Below are positions 1-9,810 of a stretch of DNA of 64,000 bases, piece after piece; positions within the stretch are counted from its first letter, which is position 1; every line of letters starts with the position of its first letter. The DNA lies in NCBI GenBank assembly GCA_029906985.1, contig JARYMT010000001.1:67223-131222 (forward strand), read 5' to 3'. The DNA comes from Microgenomates group bacterium. Lineage in GTDB: Bacteria; Patescibacteriota; Microgenomatia; UBA1406; GWC2-37-13. The notes beneath the pieces were generated by a model, which was not told the DNA's origin, ran no database searches, and was given only the letters and a program-made list of their open reading frames with translations. Both the position numbers and the translations under genes were made by a program.

Positions 1-1590
1 GACGCCGGCAATTTGGAAATCAAAAAAACCGAGCCGGCCACCGCCGCTGATTTTGTCTATCAGGCCCAAGCCGATCAAATGCGAAGCACTAGCTACAGTA
101 TTGAAGACGCTGTTAATGGTTTAATTGAGAGAATTGGTGTTTTTTCCCAAATTGCCAGCGCTAAAATAAAGACCGGCTTGTTGGACACTCAAGACGCCAT
201 TGTTAATAATACTTTGGCGGCCAAAAACATTGTCAGTGACAATATCAAAACTTTGACATTAAATGTAGAAAATTTAACGGCGAAAATATTAAACGTTAAC
301 GAAAAAATTACCTCGCCGATTGTCGAAACCGATAAACTTGAAGCAAACAATTTGACAACCAAGGAAATTGCTGCCAAAGAACAAAATTTGATTATTAATT
401 TAGCGCCAACGCCGGCTGCTGAAACTGGTCAATTATCAAAACTTATCATCAAAGGCTTGGCGGGAAAAACCGTGACAACGATCGACGCCGAAGGCAATCT
501 CATAACCGAAGGAGATATTGCCGGCCGGAATGCTTCATTCTCCGGTCAGCTGGCCGCCGATTCAATCCAGGCCATCAACGCCACTATTTCAGGTAATTTG
601 GCCGTCAATGGTTCTTTGACAGGTACCGAAGCCAGTCTTTCGGGAAAATTAACTGCCCAGCAAGTTGAGGCGGAAAATATAAAAAGCCTTGAAGAAAAAT
701 TATCCGATGTTGAAAATAATCAACTGACCACCGCCAGCTCTTCATCAATTTTGGCAAACGAAATTAATGAAATTCAGGCGCTTTTGGCGGAAATCAAAAA
801 CCAGCCTCTTCCCAATCCGGATTATTATCAAAATATCGCCAGCGATTCGGCTCTGATCGATGGAAACTTTTTATCATTAACCGCTCAAAATTTGTTGGTC
901 AGCGGCAATACCAATCTTTATAATCTTAATGTTTCCGGTTCATTTTTAGCTGGAAGTATTTTTATTGACAATAACAAAATTTTGTCTCTGGCAAGCGAAT
1001 TAAAATTATCTGCCCTCTCACAGATAAATTTTTTTGACGAAGCCGTCGTCATCGCCAAAGATGGCACTATTACCACCAAAGGCGCCCTGATTGCCCAAGG
1101 CGGAATCAAGACCAATCGCTTAAGCCCAATTTCTTCAACCGACAATCTGCAGGTTCAATTAAATTCCGCCAATAAATTACAAATTACCAACAATAATGAA
1201 GAAGTGGCATCAATTGATTCGCAGGGAGCGGCCCGCCTAAGCAGTCTTTCATTAACAAAAGTGGCGACGGCCAGTTCGATTATCGCCGCCACCGATAATT
1301 TTAATCGTAATGGAATTTATGCCCCGGCAATTGAAACGACGATTGAAACGGCTGGTGTGGCAACAATTCCAGAAAAAGAATCGGAAATAATTATTTATAA
1401 TCAAAATATCAAAGATAATACCCTCATTTACCTGACTCCAATTGCCACTTTGCCAAATAGCAGTTTAAGCGTCATTTCCAAAGAAACCTGTTGGGAAAAA
1501 TTAAATCAAAATTGTAAGCCGTACTTTAAAGTCGCCATTGATAAAAAAACCAATGTTCCTGTAAACTTTAATTGGTTGATTATAAATTAG
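1..1590 (+). CDS. C-terminal portion of a large fibre-like surface protein (5' end outside window)
   Basis: Frame is open from base 1 (track start at 13 is an internal TTG). Asn/Ala/Ser/Thr/Ile-rich, no TM helix, degenerate short repeats (e.g. SGQLAADSIQAINATISGNLAVNGSLTGTEASLSGKLTA), Cys only near the C-terminus. No family recognised. Lies directly upstream of a pilin-like gene. Confidence 0.5.
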   Translation, partial: DAGNLEIKKTEPATAADFVYQAQADQMRSTSYSIEDAVNGLIERIGVFSQIASAKIKTGLLDTQDAIVNNTLAAKNIVSDNIKTLTLNVENLTAKILNVNEKITSPIVETDKLEANNLTTKEIAAKEQNLIINLAPTPAAETGQLSKLIIKGLAGKTVTTIDAEGNLITEGDIAGRNASFSGQLAADSIQAINATISGNLAVNGSLTGTEASLSGKLTAQQVEAENIKSLEEKLSDVENNQLTTASSSSILANEINEIQALLAEIKNQPLPNPDYYQNIASDSALIDGNFLSLTAQNLLVSGNTNLYNLNVSGSFLAGSIFIDNNKILSLASELKLSALSQINFFDEAVVIAKDGTITTKGALIAQGGIKTNRLSPISSTDNLQVQLNSANKLQITNNNEEVASIDSQGAARLSSLSLTKVATASSIIAATDNFNRNGIYAPAIETTIETAGVATIPEKESEIIIYNQNIKDNTLIYLTPIATLPNSSLSVISKETCWEKLNQNCKPYFKVAIDKKTNVPVNFNWLIIN

Positions 1591-1673
1591 GATAAAGAAA
1601 ATTTTTAATTGCTGTCGACGTGCTAAAAGATAATAAAGAAACAGGAAAATATTTAATAAACTTTAATAAATCT

Positions 1674-2498
1674 ATGGGCTATCAAAAACTAAACAGAAAC
1701 AAAGACTCCTTTACTATCATAGAGCTTCTGATTGTTGTTACTTTAATCGTCTTGTTGGCAGCTGCCTCCCTTTCCCTACTTAATCCGGTCAAACAACTTA
1801 AGAAAGCGTGGGACAGCCGCCGGAAAGCTGATCTTTCGACGATGCAAAAAGCTTTTGAAGATTTCTACAATGATAAAAATCATTATCCTTTGGCTTCTGA
1901 CGTTTGTTATGGCCCCAATGTGATAAATGAAAATGGAGTTTGTTCCTGTTTTATTTGTGGCTGGGAAAAAGATACCCCGGATTTTTCTCCATATTTGAGA
2001 AAGCTTCCCTGCGATCCCCAACATCCGCAAAAAGCTTATTATTATCAATACGACTGCTCTGTTACTTTTCCCAACTGGTTTAAAATTTGCACCTTTTTAA
2101 ATGAACTGCCGGCATCAACCGTCTATAATTATGGAGTTGCCAGTCCTAATGTTAATGCCGATAGTTGTTTGACCGTCAGCTTGCCCCAACAGCCTGTAGG
2201 GCCAACTTCAACCCCCGCACCAATAACTCCCAGTTCGACTTTCCCGGCCGCTTCCCCAACTTCGGCAATCACCCATACGCCAACGCCAACTGTCAATCCA
2301 CCAACCCCAACGAGCGCCATAATTACTCCGAGTCCCACCAGTCAACCATTACCAACCTGTCCTCCAAATATTTATTGTTATAAAGGCATTGATTGTAAAA
2401 TTTGTGGCACGCTGGAAAATTGTTTAAAACCGGAAATTTGTGACAATCCAAATGAACTGTATTCGGTTCCCCATTGTCTCATTAGATGTTATTATTAA
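1674..2498 (+). CDS. type IV pilin-like / pseudopilin protein with Pro/Thr-rich tract and Cys-rich C-terminal knot
   Basis: Prepilin-type N-terminal motif ...NKDS|FTIIELLIVVTLIVLLAAA (class III signal plus hydrophobic helix). ATG at 1674 gives a 12-aa leader; the track's GTG at 1620 would give a 30-aa leader. About 45-aa P/T/S-rich tract, then many Cys (CPPNIYCYKGIDCKICGTLENCLKPEICD...). Confidence 0.7.
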   Translation: MGYQKLNRNKDSFTIIELLIVVTLIVLLAAASLSLLNPVKQLKKAWDSRRKADLSTMQKAFEDFYNDKNHYPLASDVCYGPNVINENGVCSCFICGWEKDTPDFSPYLRKLPCDPQHPQKAYYYQYDCSVTFPNWFKICTFLNELPASTVYNYGVASPNVNADSCLTVSLPQQPVGPTSTPAPITPSSTFPAASPTSAITHTPTPTVNPPTPTSAIITPSPTSQPLPTCPPNIYCYKGIDCKICGTLENCLKPEICDNPNELYSVPHCLIRCYY

Positions 2499-2627
2499 AA
2501 ATTCAAAGAAAAATTTTGTTAATTATTCTCTTTTATTCAAAAAATGCCCAATTTAATTTTGGCGGCGGCCTTAATTTAGAAGGAATTAACATTAATTAAT
2601 TAGTTTAAAATGTATTAAAATAACCAT

Positions 2628-4769
2628 ATGAGCCGAATAAAAAAAATATTAATTTTTTTTATCATCTTTCTTTTCCCGTTATTTTTTTTAACCATTACCC
2701 AAGAATTCTATTTAATTAATAAATTTTATTTTCTCGCTTTTGGTTCTCTTCTTTTGCTTCTTTCTCTTATTCCCGGGTTGTTGTCCGGAGAAACAATTGT
2801 TTGGCAAAAAAAGCCTCTTGATATGCCAATTATTCTTTTCAATTTAACAACTATTATTTCTGTCATCATAAGTTCTCCCAATAAAGTACAAGCTCTTTTA
2901 AACCCCAATTTTGGTCCGGTTTTGATTTTTTCTCTAACCGTGATGTACTTTTTTCTTTCCCGATTAACAAGCGATAAACCGGCCGTAAAAACTTCCCCCG
3001 ACCACTCAAGAAATATTTTAGAAGCTAGTTTTATTGACAACCGCTCCCGCCTAAATTTGCCATCAAAATCAAAAATTAAAGAAGATATCCGGGCAATTTT
3101 AAATATTTTATTTGCTTCTTCAATAATTATTTCTTTATTAACAATCGTTTTTTTCTTTAATCCTTTGAAAAATCTTTCCCTTTCTGAATCATTTCAGTTT
3201 TTAAAAAATTCTAACTTTACGCCATTAGGAACGCCGCTTAATTTGGTAATTTATCTTGGTTTTTTTGTTGTTTTGACACTCAATCAATTAATACAATCGG
3301 CAAAAAAAAATCAATCACCAACAACTCTGGAAGTTTTAACTTTTGTTTTGTCTTTTAGCGCTTTATCTTGTAGTCTTTATAATATTTTGAAGCCAAACCA
3401 AAATCCTTTTCTTTTGGGAATTGCCTTGCCTCCCTATCGCCTTTCTTGGTATGCCGCCGTGGAAACTTTTAAAAATCCTTTAACCGGCCTTTTTGGGGTT
3501 GGAGTTGATAATTTTAGTAATATTTTTACAAAAGTAAAAGATATCGCCTATAATCAATCTCCCTATTGGCAAGTTCGGATGATGTCTTTAAGCCACTCAT
3601 CTTTGCTTCAAATTCTGACGGAAGCGGGTTTATTTGGTTTGCTCGCTTTTATACTTATCTTGGTTTCTTTTACCAACTTAATCTTTTATACCGGTGATGC
3701 TGAAAAAAAACTAGCCGAAAATCAAACTCGATTTTGGTTGCCAATAGGAATTTATTTATTATTGATTTTTTTATTTTTCCCCCCAGGCCCGGTAGTTTTT
3801 TTTCTGTTATTTGTTTTTTTAGCTTTAATCAGCTTGGAGTATCCTACTAAAGAAAATGAAATGGTCGCTATTGATACCTCTGACAATATTTTAAGTTATG
3901 CTACCAGCATTTTTATTTTTATTTTCGCCAGTTTGAGTGGATATTTATTGGGCAGAAGTTATTGGGCGGAATTTGTTTATAAAAAATCCCTAAACGCTTG
4001 GAAAACTAATAATTTAGGGGAACTTTATAACGATCAAAAAGAGGCTATCCGCCTCAATCCCTTTCTTGAAAAATTGCATATCGATTTTAGTCAAACTAAT
4101 TTAATTTTAGCTAATAATGTGATTAGTAAATATACAAAACCCCAAAAAGAATCAACCACTTCAGCTCAAATTACCGATCAGGAAAAACAAATTATTGCCC
4201 AAGCAATTCAAGCGTCAATTGCCGAGGCAAAAGCTGCCTTAAGCCTCAATTCGGGAAGAGCGATCTACTGGGAAAATTTAGCCAATATTTATAAAAGTAT
4301 TATTGGCTTAATTCAAGGAGCAGAAACTTGGAGCATTTCTTCATACCAGCGGGCGATTGTAGCCGATCCAATCAATCCTACTTACTTTTTAGGTTTGGGC
4401 GGGCTATATTATTCTCTTAGACAATATGATGATGCCATTAGGATGTTTGAACAAACAGTCAATCTCAAACCCGACTGGGCTAACGCCTATTATAATTTAG
4501 CTTGGGCCAGCTATAATAAAGGTGATTATGTCAGAGCCGTCAACGAGATGCAAAACGCCATTAAATTAGTTGATCCTAAATTAGCCAAAGACGATTATGA
4601 AAAGGCAAAAAAAGAGCTTGAAGAATTTAAGAAAAAATTGCCGAAAAACGCTATTTCTCCCACTCCCTCACCGGCTCAAAACAAAGAATTGATTCTGCCA
4701 ACCCCCTTCCCAACCAGCTCTAAGCTGCCGATTACCTTACCAAAAGAAGCTAGTCCAGAAGCAAAATAA
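2628..4769 (+). CDS. O-antigen ligase (Wzy_C)-like polytopic membrane protein fused to C-terminal TPR repeats
   Basis: Many TM helices. Motif SLSHSSLLQILTEAGLFGLLAFILIL resembles the conserved H...E.G..G core of Wzy_C/O-antigen ligase/PglL enzymes. C-terminal TPR-like repeats (YFLGLGGLYYSLRQYDDAIRMFEQTVNLKPDWANAYYNLAWASYNKGDYVRAVNEMQNAIKLDP). P/T-rich tail. Confidence 0.65.
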   Translation: MSRIKKILIFFIIFLFPLFFLTITQEFYLINKFYFLAFGSLLLLLSLIPGLLSGETIVWQKKPLDMPIILFNLTTIISVIISSPNKVQALLNPNFGPVLIFSLTVMYFFLSRLTSDKPAVKTSPDHSRNILEASFIDNRSRLNLPSKSKIKEDIRAILNILFASSIIISLLTIVFFFNPLKNLSLSESFQFLKNSNFTPLGTPLNLVIYLGFFVVLTLNQLIQSAKKNQSPTTLEVLTFVLSFSALSCSLYNILKPNQNPFLLGIALPPYRLSWYAAVETFKNPLTGLFGVGVDNFSNIFTKVKDIAYNQSPYWQVRMMSLSHSSLLQILTEAGLFGLLAFILILVSFTNLIFYTGDAEKKLAENQTRFWLPIGIYLLLIFLFFPPGPVVFFLLFVFLALISLEYPTKENEMVAIDTSDNILSYATSIFIFIFASLSGYLLGRSYWAEFVYKKSLNAWKTNNLGELYNDQKEAIRLNPFLEKLHIDFSQTNLILANNVISKYTKPQKESTTSAQITDQEKQIIAQAIQASIAEAKAALSLNSGRAIYWENLANIYKSIIGLIQGAETWSISSYQRAIVADPINPTYFLGLGGLYYSLRQYDDAIRMFEQTVNLKPDWANAYYNLAWASYNKGDYVRAVNEMQNAIKLVDPKLAKDDYEKAKKELEEFKKKLPKNAISPTPSPAQNKELILPTPFPTSSKLPITLPKEASPEAK

Positions 4770-4792
4770 TAAAGTAAAAAATTCGACGCCAA

Positions 4793-7021
4793 CTATTTAT
4801 TAAATTTAATTTCTTTTTGTCGGTGTAAAATAAACCAGATAATAAAAACTGCCATCTCCAACCAAATGAGGGCTATTTTTAGACTATTAGGTTGATAAAT
4901 CGCCCTAACCGTATAGGTTCCCGCCCGCCTAATTGGAATTCCAATATAAAAAGGAAAGACTGGAAAAGATTCCCCTTTTTGGCCATTTATTGTCACCTGC
5001 CAATTAGGATGATAAGTCTGTTTTAAAACAACCACGCAGTTATCACAGTCATTTAATAAAGTAAAACTCGTTTGATAACCGGCAGGAAGAATTTCTTCTT
5101 TATCAAGATCAGTCCAAAAATTAGCTGGTAAAAATTCTATCGGTTTTTGCCAAATTGTACTAGTTTCTCCTTTTTCATCAATATAGGTTGTCATATCAAC
5201 TATTTTTATCTTTTTTCCTGTATAATTAGTTTGAACATTTGGGAAGTTTATTCTTGGGTACTGGTGGTTTTTAAAACCTACCTCTAGCCAAAATTTTACT
5301 AAATTAATCAGTTCATCTTTTTTACTGGTCACTTCAAAAGGAACTTTTCCAAAAGTAAACCAACCATCAGTCTTTATCTCATAAAGGTTGTATTTGCCAA
5401 ATTTTCCAAGGTGCTTGGCAAAGGAGGGAGCTTTAAAATTATTGGGTGTCACCAAATAACGACTATTAAATATATCATAATAGTCTATATCTGCCTCATT
5501 AAAAAATTGATCGCTTTCTGAAGTTGGCGACCAGCTCTCCGGAGCAAAACCAACAACAGGAAAACCATCTCGAGTCAAAGCCATATATAAAGCAGTGTGC
5601 CCAACTTTAAAATCTCGACCCCAATTCCCCGGCCGGCCGACATAAATTCTACCTCTGGGCAATTGTTTTAATTTATTTACCAACGCCTGATAATCTGGTA
5701 ATTCTTGACGATAGCTGTCGTTTGCTTGATTTAACCAAAGATCATTTTCCCAAGCATATTTTACAATCGGTTTTTCTGCCCTAATAACAATAATTAACAA
5801 AACGATTAAAATCAAATATTTAAAAAAGTTAGATAATTTTTGTCTTTTTAAATAATCTAAAAGCTTATTTACCAACCAGCCGGCCAAAAAAATACCGGAA
5901 AATTGGACCATGACAATAAACCGGTGAAGATGAAACTCCGACAAGCCGGGAATAAGGTCAATTAAATTTCCCCAAGTGGCTCGACCAAAAAAAATAAAAA
6001 AGTAAAAAACAAACAATAATCCAAATAATTTAAACAGTTTTTCTTTTGTTTTAAAAACCAAAATTGAGGCAAAAATGGCCAAAAAAGTGATCAGTTGCCA
6101 TCGGTTGAAATCAAAAAATTCTCCATTTAAAAGCCAAATAATTGCCTGTTTAACACCGAAAGAATTAAATTTCCACCAGGGATCCCAAAAAGAAAAATTA
6201 CGATAATTGTCAAAATAATAAAAAGGAATAATAAAATAACTCAAAGAAAAAAAGGTCAAAAAAGCCAAAATAAATAATTTTTTTAGCTTTTGCCAGCCTA
6301 CTAAAACTAATTCTCGGGTTTGCTTTTGCCATTCTTTAACTTTAACTCCTTCAACTATTTCTAAACCGGTTATCAATGGATAAGAAAGAGCCCCCATGTA
6401 AAAAATACCAAAATGAAACTCAGCAGTTAAGAAATTAAACAAAACTGCTTGAGCAAGATTTTTCCCCCGGGTTAAATAATTATAAGTATAGGCAAAGGCA
6501 ATCGGCAGGAAAAAAACCGCCATCTGTTGGGAAGATAATCCCCAGCCCCGCCATAGATAGCTTGAACTATCAATGCCGTAAAAACCATTGGTAAAAGTTA
6601 ATTGGGTTATCAAGGCAATAAGAGCGGCTAAAAGATGAGGCAGTCCGAGAATTAAACCGCCAAAAAAGAAAGAAACCGGCAAAAGAATTAAAAAAAGGTA
6701 TTTGACGATATTAAAAAAAAGATAAAGATCAATTCCGGTTATGGCGGCGCCAATGACCAAAAGCGCTTGAGGAAGATGAGCATAATAAGTTGAAAGAGCA
6801 AAGCCTTCGTTCCATCTTTCGTTAAAACTGTCAAAAAGATAAAAAATTGAAAGCTTCCCTTTTAAAACCTCTTGAAAAATGTTTTTTGCTTCATCGACTA
6901 AACTATACTGAAAAATGTTGTCATTAACATCAGCTAAAATTGTTAATTCACCCCGATAAAGGTAGGCGTTGAAAATGATGATTAAAATTAAAATTGTGTA
7001 AGCGATTATTTTCCTATTCAT
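4793..7021 (-). CDS. large polytopic membrane protein, possibly GT-C-like, with C-terminal extracytoplasmic domain
   Basis: 742-aa ORF with more than 10 hydrophobic segments followed by a roughly 300-aa soluble region and a terminal TM helix. Family not recognised. Located in the glycosylation cluster. Confidence 0.45.
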   Translation of the reverse strand: MNRKIIAYTILILIIIFNAYLYRGELTILADVNDNIFQYSLVDEAKNIFQEVLKGKLSIFYLFDSFNERWNEGFALSTYYAHLPQALLVIGAAITGIDLYLFFNIVKYLFLILLPVSFFFGGLILGLPHLLAALIALITQLTFTNGFYGIDSSSYLWRGWGLSSQQMAVFFLPIAFAYTYNYLTRGKNLAQAVLFNFLTAEFHFGIFYMGALSYPLITGLEIVEGVKVKEWQKQTRELVLVGWQKLKKLFILAFLTFFSLSYFIIPFYYFDNYRNFSFWDPWWKFNSFGVKQAIIWLLNGEFFDFNRWQLITFLAIFASILVFKTKEKLFKLFGLLFVFYFFIFFGRATWGNLIDLIPGLSEFHLHRFIVMVQFSGIFLAGWLVNKLLDYLKRQKLSNFFKYLILIVLLIIVIRAEKPIVKYAWENDLWLNQANDSYRQELPDYQALVNKLKQLPRGRIYVGRPGNWGRDFKVGHTALYMALTRDGFPVVGFAPESWSPTSESDQFFNEADIDYYDIFNSRYLVTPNNFKAPSFAKHLGKFGKYNLYEIKTDGWFTFGKVPFEVTSKKDELINLVKFWLEVGFKNHQYPRINFPNVQTNYTGKKIKIVDMTTYIDEKGETSTIWQKPIEFLPANFWTDLDKEEILPAGYQTSFTLLNDCDNCVVVLKQTYHPNWQVTINGQKGESFPVFPFYIGIPIRRAGTYTVRAIYQPNSLKIALIWLEMAVFIIWFILHRQKEIKFNK

Positions 7022-7100
7022 AATTTAATGTAAAAATAAAAAATTAAAAATCTACCAATCAATATCAAATAACAAAACATTTTTGAAATTTGTTATTTAT

Positions 7101-8888
7101 CTAATAACTAATAAGCACTGGGTTGAGCCAATCGGCATGATGACCATAATTACTGCTTCCTACTCGTTGAATTTTTAAAACCAACTGTTTAACATTGTCA
7201 ATTTTTAAATCGACGGTTGAAGGTTTATCAAAATGGCCTTTTTTTTCTGATCGAAAAATTTGCCGGCCGTCAGCTTCGACAATAAAAAAAGCCTCGGCGT
7301 TGGCATCGGCCTCGGTTTCGATGCCAAAATCAGATTTAAAACGGGAAAATTTTCCCCCCAAATTATAGATGATCGCAGAATTAGTGTGAGAGGCGATTGC
7401 TTGTTTGTAAAAATAATAATTGGAAGAAATGCGGCCAAAATTAAATGGGTTTAAAAAAGAATTAAGGTTTTTATTATAAGTTGGCGTCATATAATCTTGG
7501 GAAAAAGAATATGGTGGTATGCTGGTTAAATAAATTGGCTTTTTTAAAATATAATCTAAGTTTTTATAAATTAAACCGGTAAAAAAAATAATGATTAATC
7601 CGGTGAGATAAATTTTCTCATCGATTATCTCCGGCAAAAAGAATTTGACTAAAAAATAACCAAAAAGGCCAATATTAAGATAACTTAAATAAAGGGTAAA
7701 CAGCCGGGTTTGCTGCTGGTCAAAAAACCATAAAACCTGATCTGGATAATTAAAAAACATCGTTAAATAAAGATTAAGGAAAAATACCGCTGAAACAAGC
7801 CAGTAAAAAATAAACAATCGGCGATCTTTATATTTATCGTCTTGAAGATAAAATAAAAAAAGCAGGGGCAATAATCCCAACACGTGGTAAAGATAACGCT
7901 CGTGGCTTTGGGTTAATAGGTGAAAAAAGAAAAAAACTAAAGCGGTGGCCGACAACAAAAAGTTTTTCATTAAATTTTCTTTTTTTGATTTGATAATAAG
8001 CAAAACAACCAAGGCATAAAAAAAAGAAAAAAGCATAACCGAAAAATTCCTTGCGGTGGTGATTCCAAAAATTAGATTGGTATCATAAATTTTCATTCCG
8101 TCCAAGCCTGATAAAATCCACCAAAAATTAAAAGCGTAAAGACTGTAAAAAGGAAAATAATTATTATTGATTGTCAAAAGCTTAATCAGAAGATCGGCTC
8201 TTTTTGAGATTAAAAAAGGCAAATTAATAATTAATAAAGTCAAAGCGCTCCATTTTAAAGAATCAATCATTTTGGCTAAAGAGTATTTTTTCCAGACAAA
8301 AAGATAAAACAAAGGGATAAAAATAATGTTTTGAAATTTCATCATATACGAAAGGCTAAAAATAACGCTGGCTTCGGTAATTTTTTCTTTGATAAGAAAA
8401 AAAATGACTAAAAGAAATAGCAAAAGACCAAACTGATCTACCTGACCCCAATGGGCACCATCAAAAAAAGAAGCCGGATTTAAAAAATAAAACAACGGCA
8501 AAAATAAAACCCACTTAGATATTTTCTGATTGTTCTTTTTTTTCTGAGTAATTAATTTGCTGATTTTTATTAATAAATAAACAATCCCGATATCAGCCGC
8601 AATAAAAATTATTTTAAATAAAAAAAGGTAAAGCAAATTACCGTCAGACCAGTAAGATTCGATATTGTAGGGATCGGCAAATAATTTATAAATTTTATTA
8701 ATTAAAAACAAAACATAGGCAAATCCCGGAGGATAATTATAATTGGTGTTTTCGGCCAACCAAAGGATTCCTTTATCAGCTACCGCCAGCCCCCAGCCCT
8801 TCCAGAAAGCGATATCGGCTTTAAAACCGGAAAAAGGAATCAGTAACAGACGAATAAAAAAACCAATGAGCATTAAAAAGTAGAACAT
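7101..8888 (-). CDS. GT-C-type membrane glycosyltransferase-like protein fused to C-terminal NPCBM-like carbohydrate-binding module
   Basis: N-terminus GFKADIAFWKGWG...NYNYPPGFAYVLFLI resembles the first loop of DUF2029/PIG-V/GT87-type GT-C enzymes. The C-terminal about 110 aa (AIIYNLGGKFSRFKSDFGIETEADANAEAFFIVEADGRQIF...LVLKIQRVGSSNYGHHADWLNPVL) matches the NPCBM pattern (G.f..F....G.d....v.F.V..DG....L.L......DHADW). Confidence 0.55.
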   Translation of the reverse strand: MFYFLMLIGFFIRLLLIPFSGFKADIAFWKGWGLAVADKGILWLAENTNYNYPPGFAYVLFLINKIYKLFADPYNIESYWSDGNLLYLFLFKIIFIAADIGIVYLLIKISKLITQKKKNNQKISKWVLFLPLFYFLNPASFFDGAHWGQVDQFGLLLFLLVIFFLIKEKITEASVIFSLSYMMKFQNIIFIPLFYLFVWKKYSLAKMIDSLKWSALTLLIINLPFLISKRADLLIKLLTINNNYFPFYSLYAFNFWWILSGLDGMKIYDTNLIFGITTARNFSVMLFSFFYALVVLLIIKSKKENLMKNFLLSATALVFFFFHLLTQSHERYLYHVLGLLPLLFLFYLQDDKYKDRRLFIFYWLVSAVFFLNLYLTMFFNYPDQVLWFFDQQQTRLFTLYLSYLNIGLFGYFLVKFFLPEIIDEKIYLTGLIIIFFTGLIYKNLDYILKKPIYLTSIPPYSFSQDYMTPTYNKNLNSFLNPFNFGRISSNYYFYKQAIASHTNSAIIYNLGGKFSRFKSDFGIETEADANAEAFFIVEADGRQIFRSEKKGHFDKPSTVDLKIDNVKQLVLKIQRVGSSNYGHHADWLNPVLISY

Positions 8889-9037
8889 TCAATTATTTTA
8901 AATAATCAAAAATCATAAAACAAGAAAAAAACAGCCGTTGCCAAAGATGATATTAATTATTTAGGTATCTTATTTATCACCAAACCAGTAAATTATCTCA
9001 ATTTCAACCAGTAAAGAAGTATTTGCCGATTGGTCTT

Positions 9038-9703
9038 TTATTTGAATTCGACACTGTTGACAATCTGATTAAAAATATTTTCCGGAATCATCCCATTAAT
9101 CACCTGAAGGACATGATCTGGATCGTTGGGAACTTGAAAAAAATAATTAGTATTGGCCACGTTTCCCTTTTTATCAAGATAAATAGCCTTAAAACCTTTT
9201 AGCCCTTTGGAATTGGTATAAGGCTCAACTGATTTTGCGCCAGAGAGACCACTAAATCTTCGCCAATAATTGGCAGCAAATCCTTCTAAATCACCCTGAT
9301 ATTTTTTATTAAATTCTGAGATAGTTTCTACGGTAAAAGCAATATTTTGTTGGGGAGGAACAATGCCTGTAATCCAAGCAATTTTGTCCGATTGGTCATT
9401 GATAAAGGCAGTTATTTGTAGTTCGGCCGGATAGATAAATAAATATTTGTATATTTTTCCGCCCGACTGGAGCCATTTTCCTGATTTACCTAATTGAGTT
9501 AAATCAACTGTTGGCACCGGCGTTAATTGATTTGGCCCTAAATAGCTTACCCCGGCAGGAAAGACGACATTTCCTTTATTTTTTTTGCTTACCCAAAAAT
9601 ATACCCCGCCAACCAAAAGCAAAAAAACTAGTAAAACAACGACGCTGGTTAGAGCAAGACTATCTTTTTCTAATAAGTTAGAGTTAGATTTTGATTTTTC
9701 CAT
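9038..9703 (-). CDS. hypothetical membrane-anchored extracytoplasmic protein
   Basis: 221-aa ORF with a single N-terminal TM helix (LALTSVVVLLVFLLLVGGVYFWV). No motif recognised. TTGACA-17-TAAATT promoter-like sequence upstream at about 9712-9740 (minus strand). Confidence 0.5.
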   Translation of the reverse strand: MEKSKSNSNLLEKDSLALTSVVVLLVFLLLVGGVYFWVSKKNKGNVVFPAGVSYLGPNQLTPVPTVDLTQLGKSGKWLQSGGKIYKYLFIYPAELQITAFINDQSDKIAWITGIVPPQQNIAFTVETISEFNKKYQGDLEGFAANYWRRFSGLSGAKSVEPYTNSKGLKGFKAIYLDKKGNVANTNYFFQVPNDPDHVLQVINGMIPENIFNQIVNSVEFK

Positions 9704-9810
9704 AATAATTCAATTTAAAGAAAAATTTCTTATTTGTCAAGAGGATTAATGGTTTTTTTCTTTCTTTAGAAGATATATATTAAAATTTATTTTATACTTT
9801 TAAAAAGACG

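Noticed and set aside
189-3040. Track ORFs embedded in or antisense to longer genes (189..377, 918..1145, 1776..2048, 2129..2338, 2165..2383, 2726..3040). Analogous ones occur elsewhere (7205..7438, 7260..7454, 10680..10892, 12395..12610, 14462..14665, 18819..19004, 20078..20263, 21639..21905, 22414..22659, 23297..23479, 24587..25219 set, 26620..26850, 30527..30844, 31735..32064, 32328..32776 set, 33296..33586, 34617..34814, 35733..36299 set).
   Set aside because: Each lies inside, or largely overlaps, a much longer ORF with recognisable motifs or membrane-protein character. Their sequences are low-complexity mirror translations. There are no independent start or RBS signals and no recognisable motifs.
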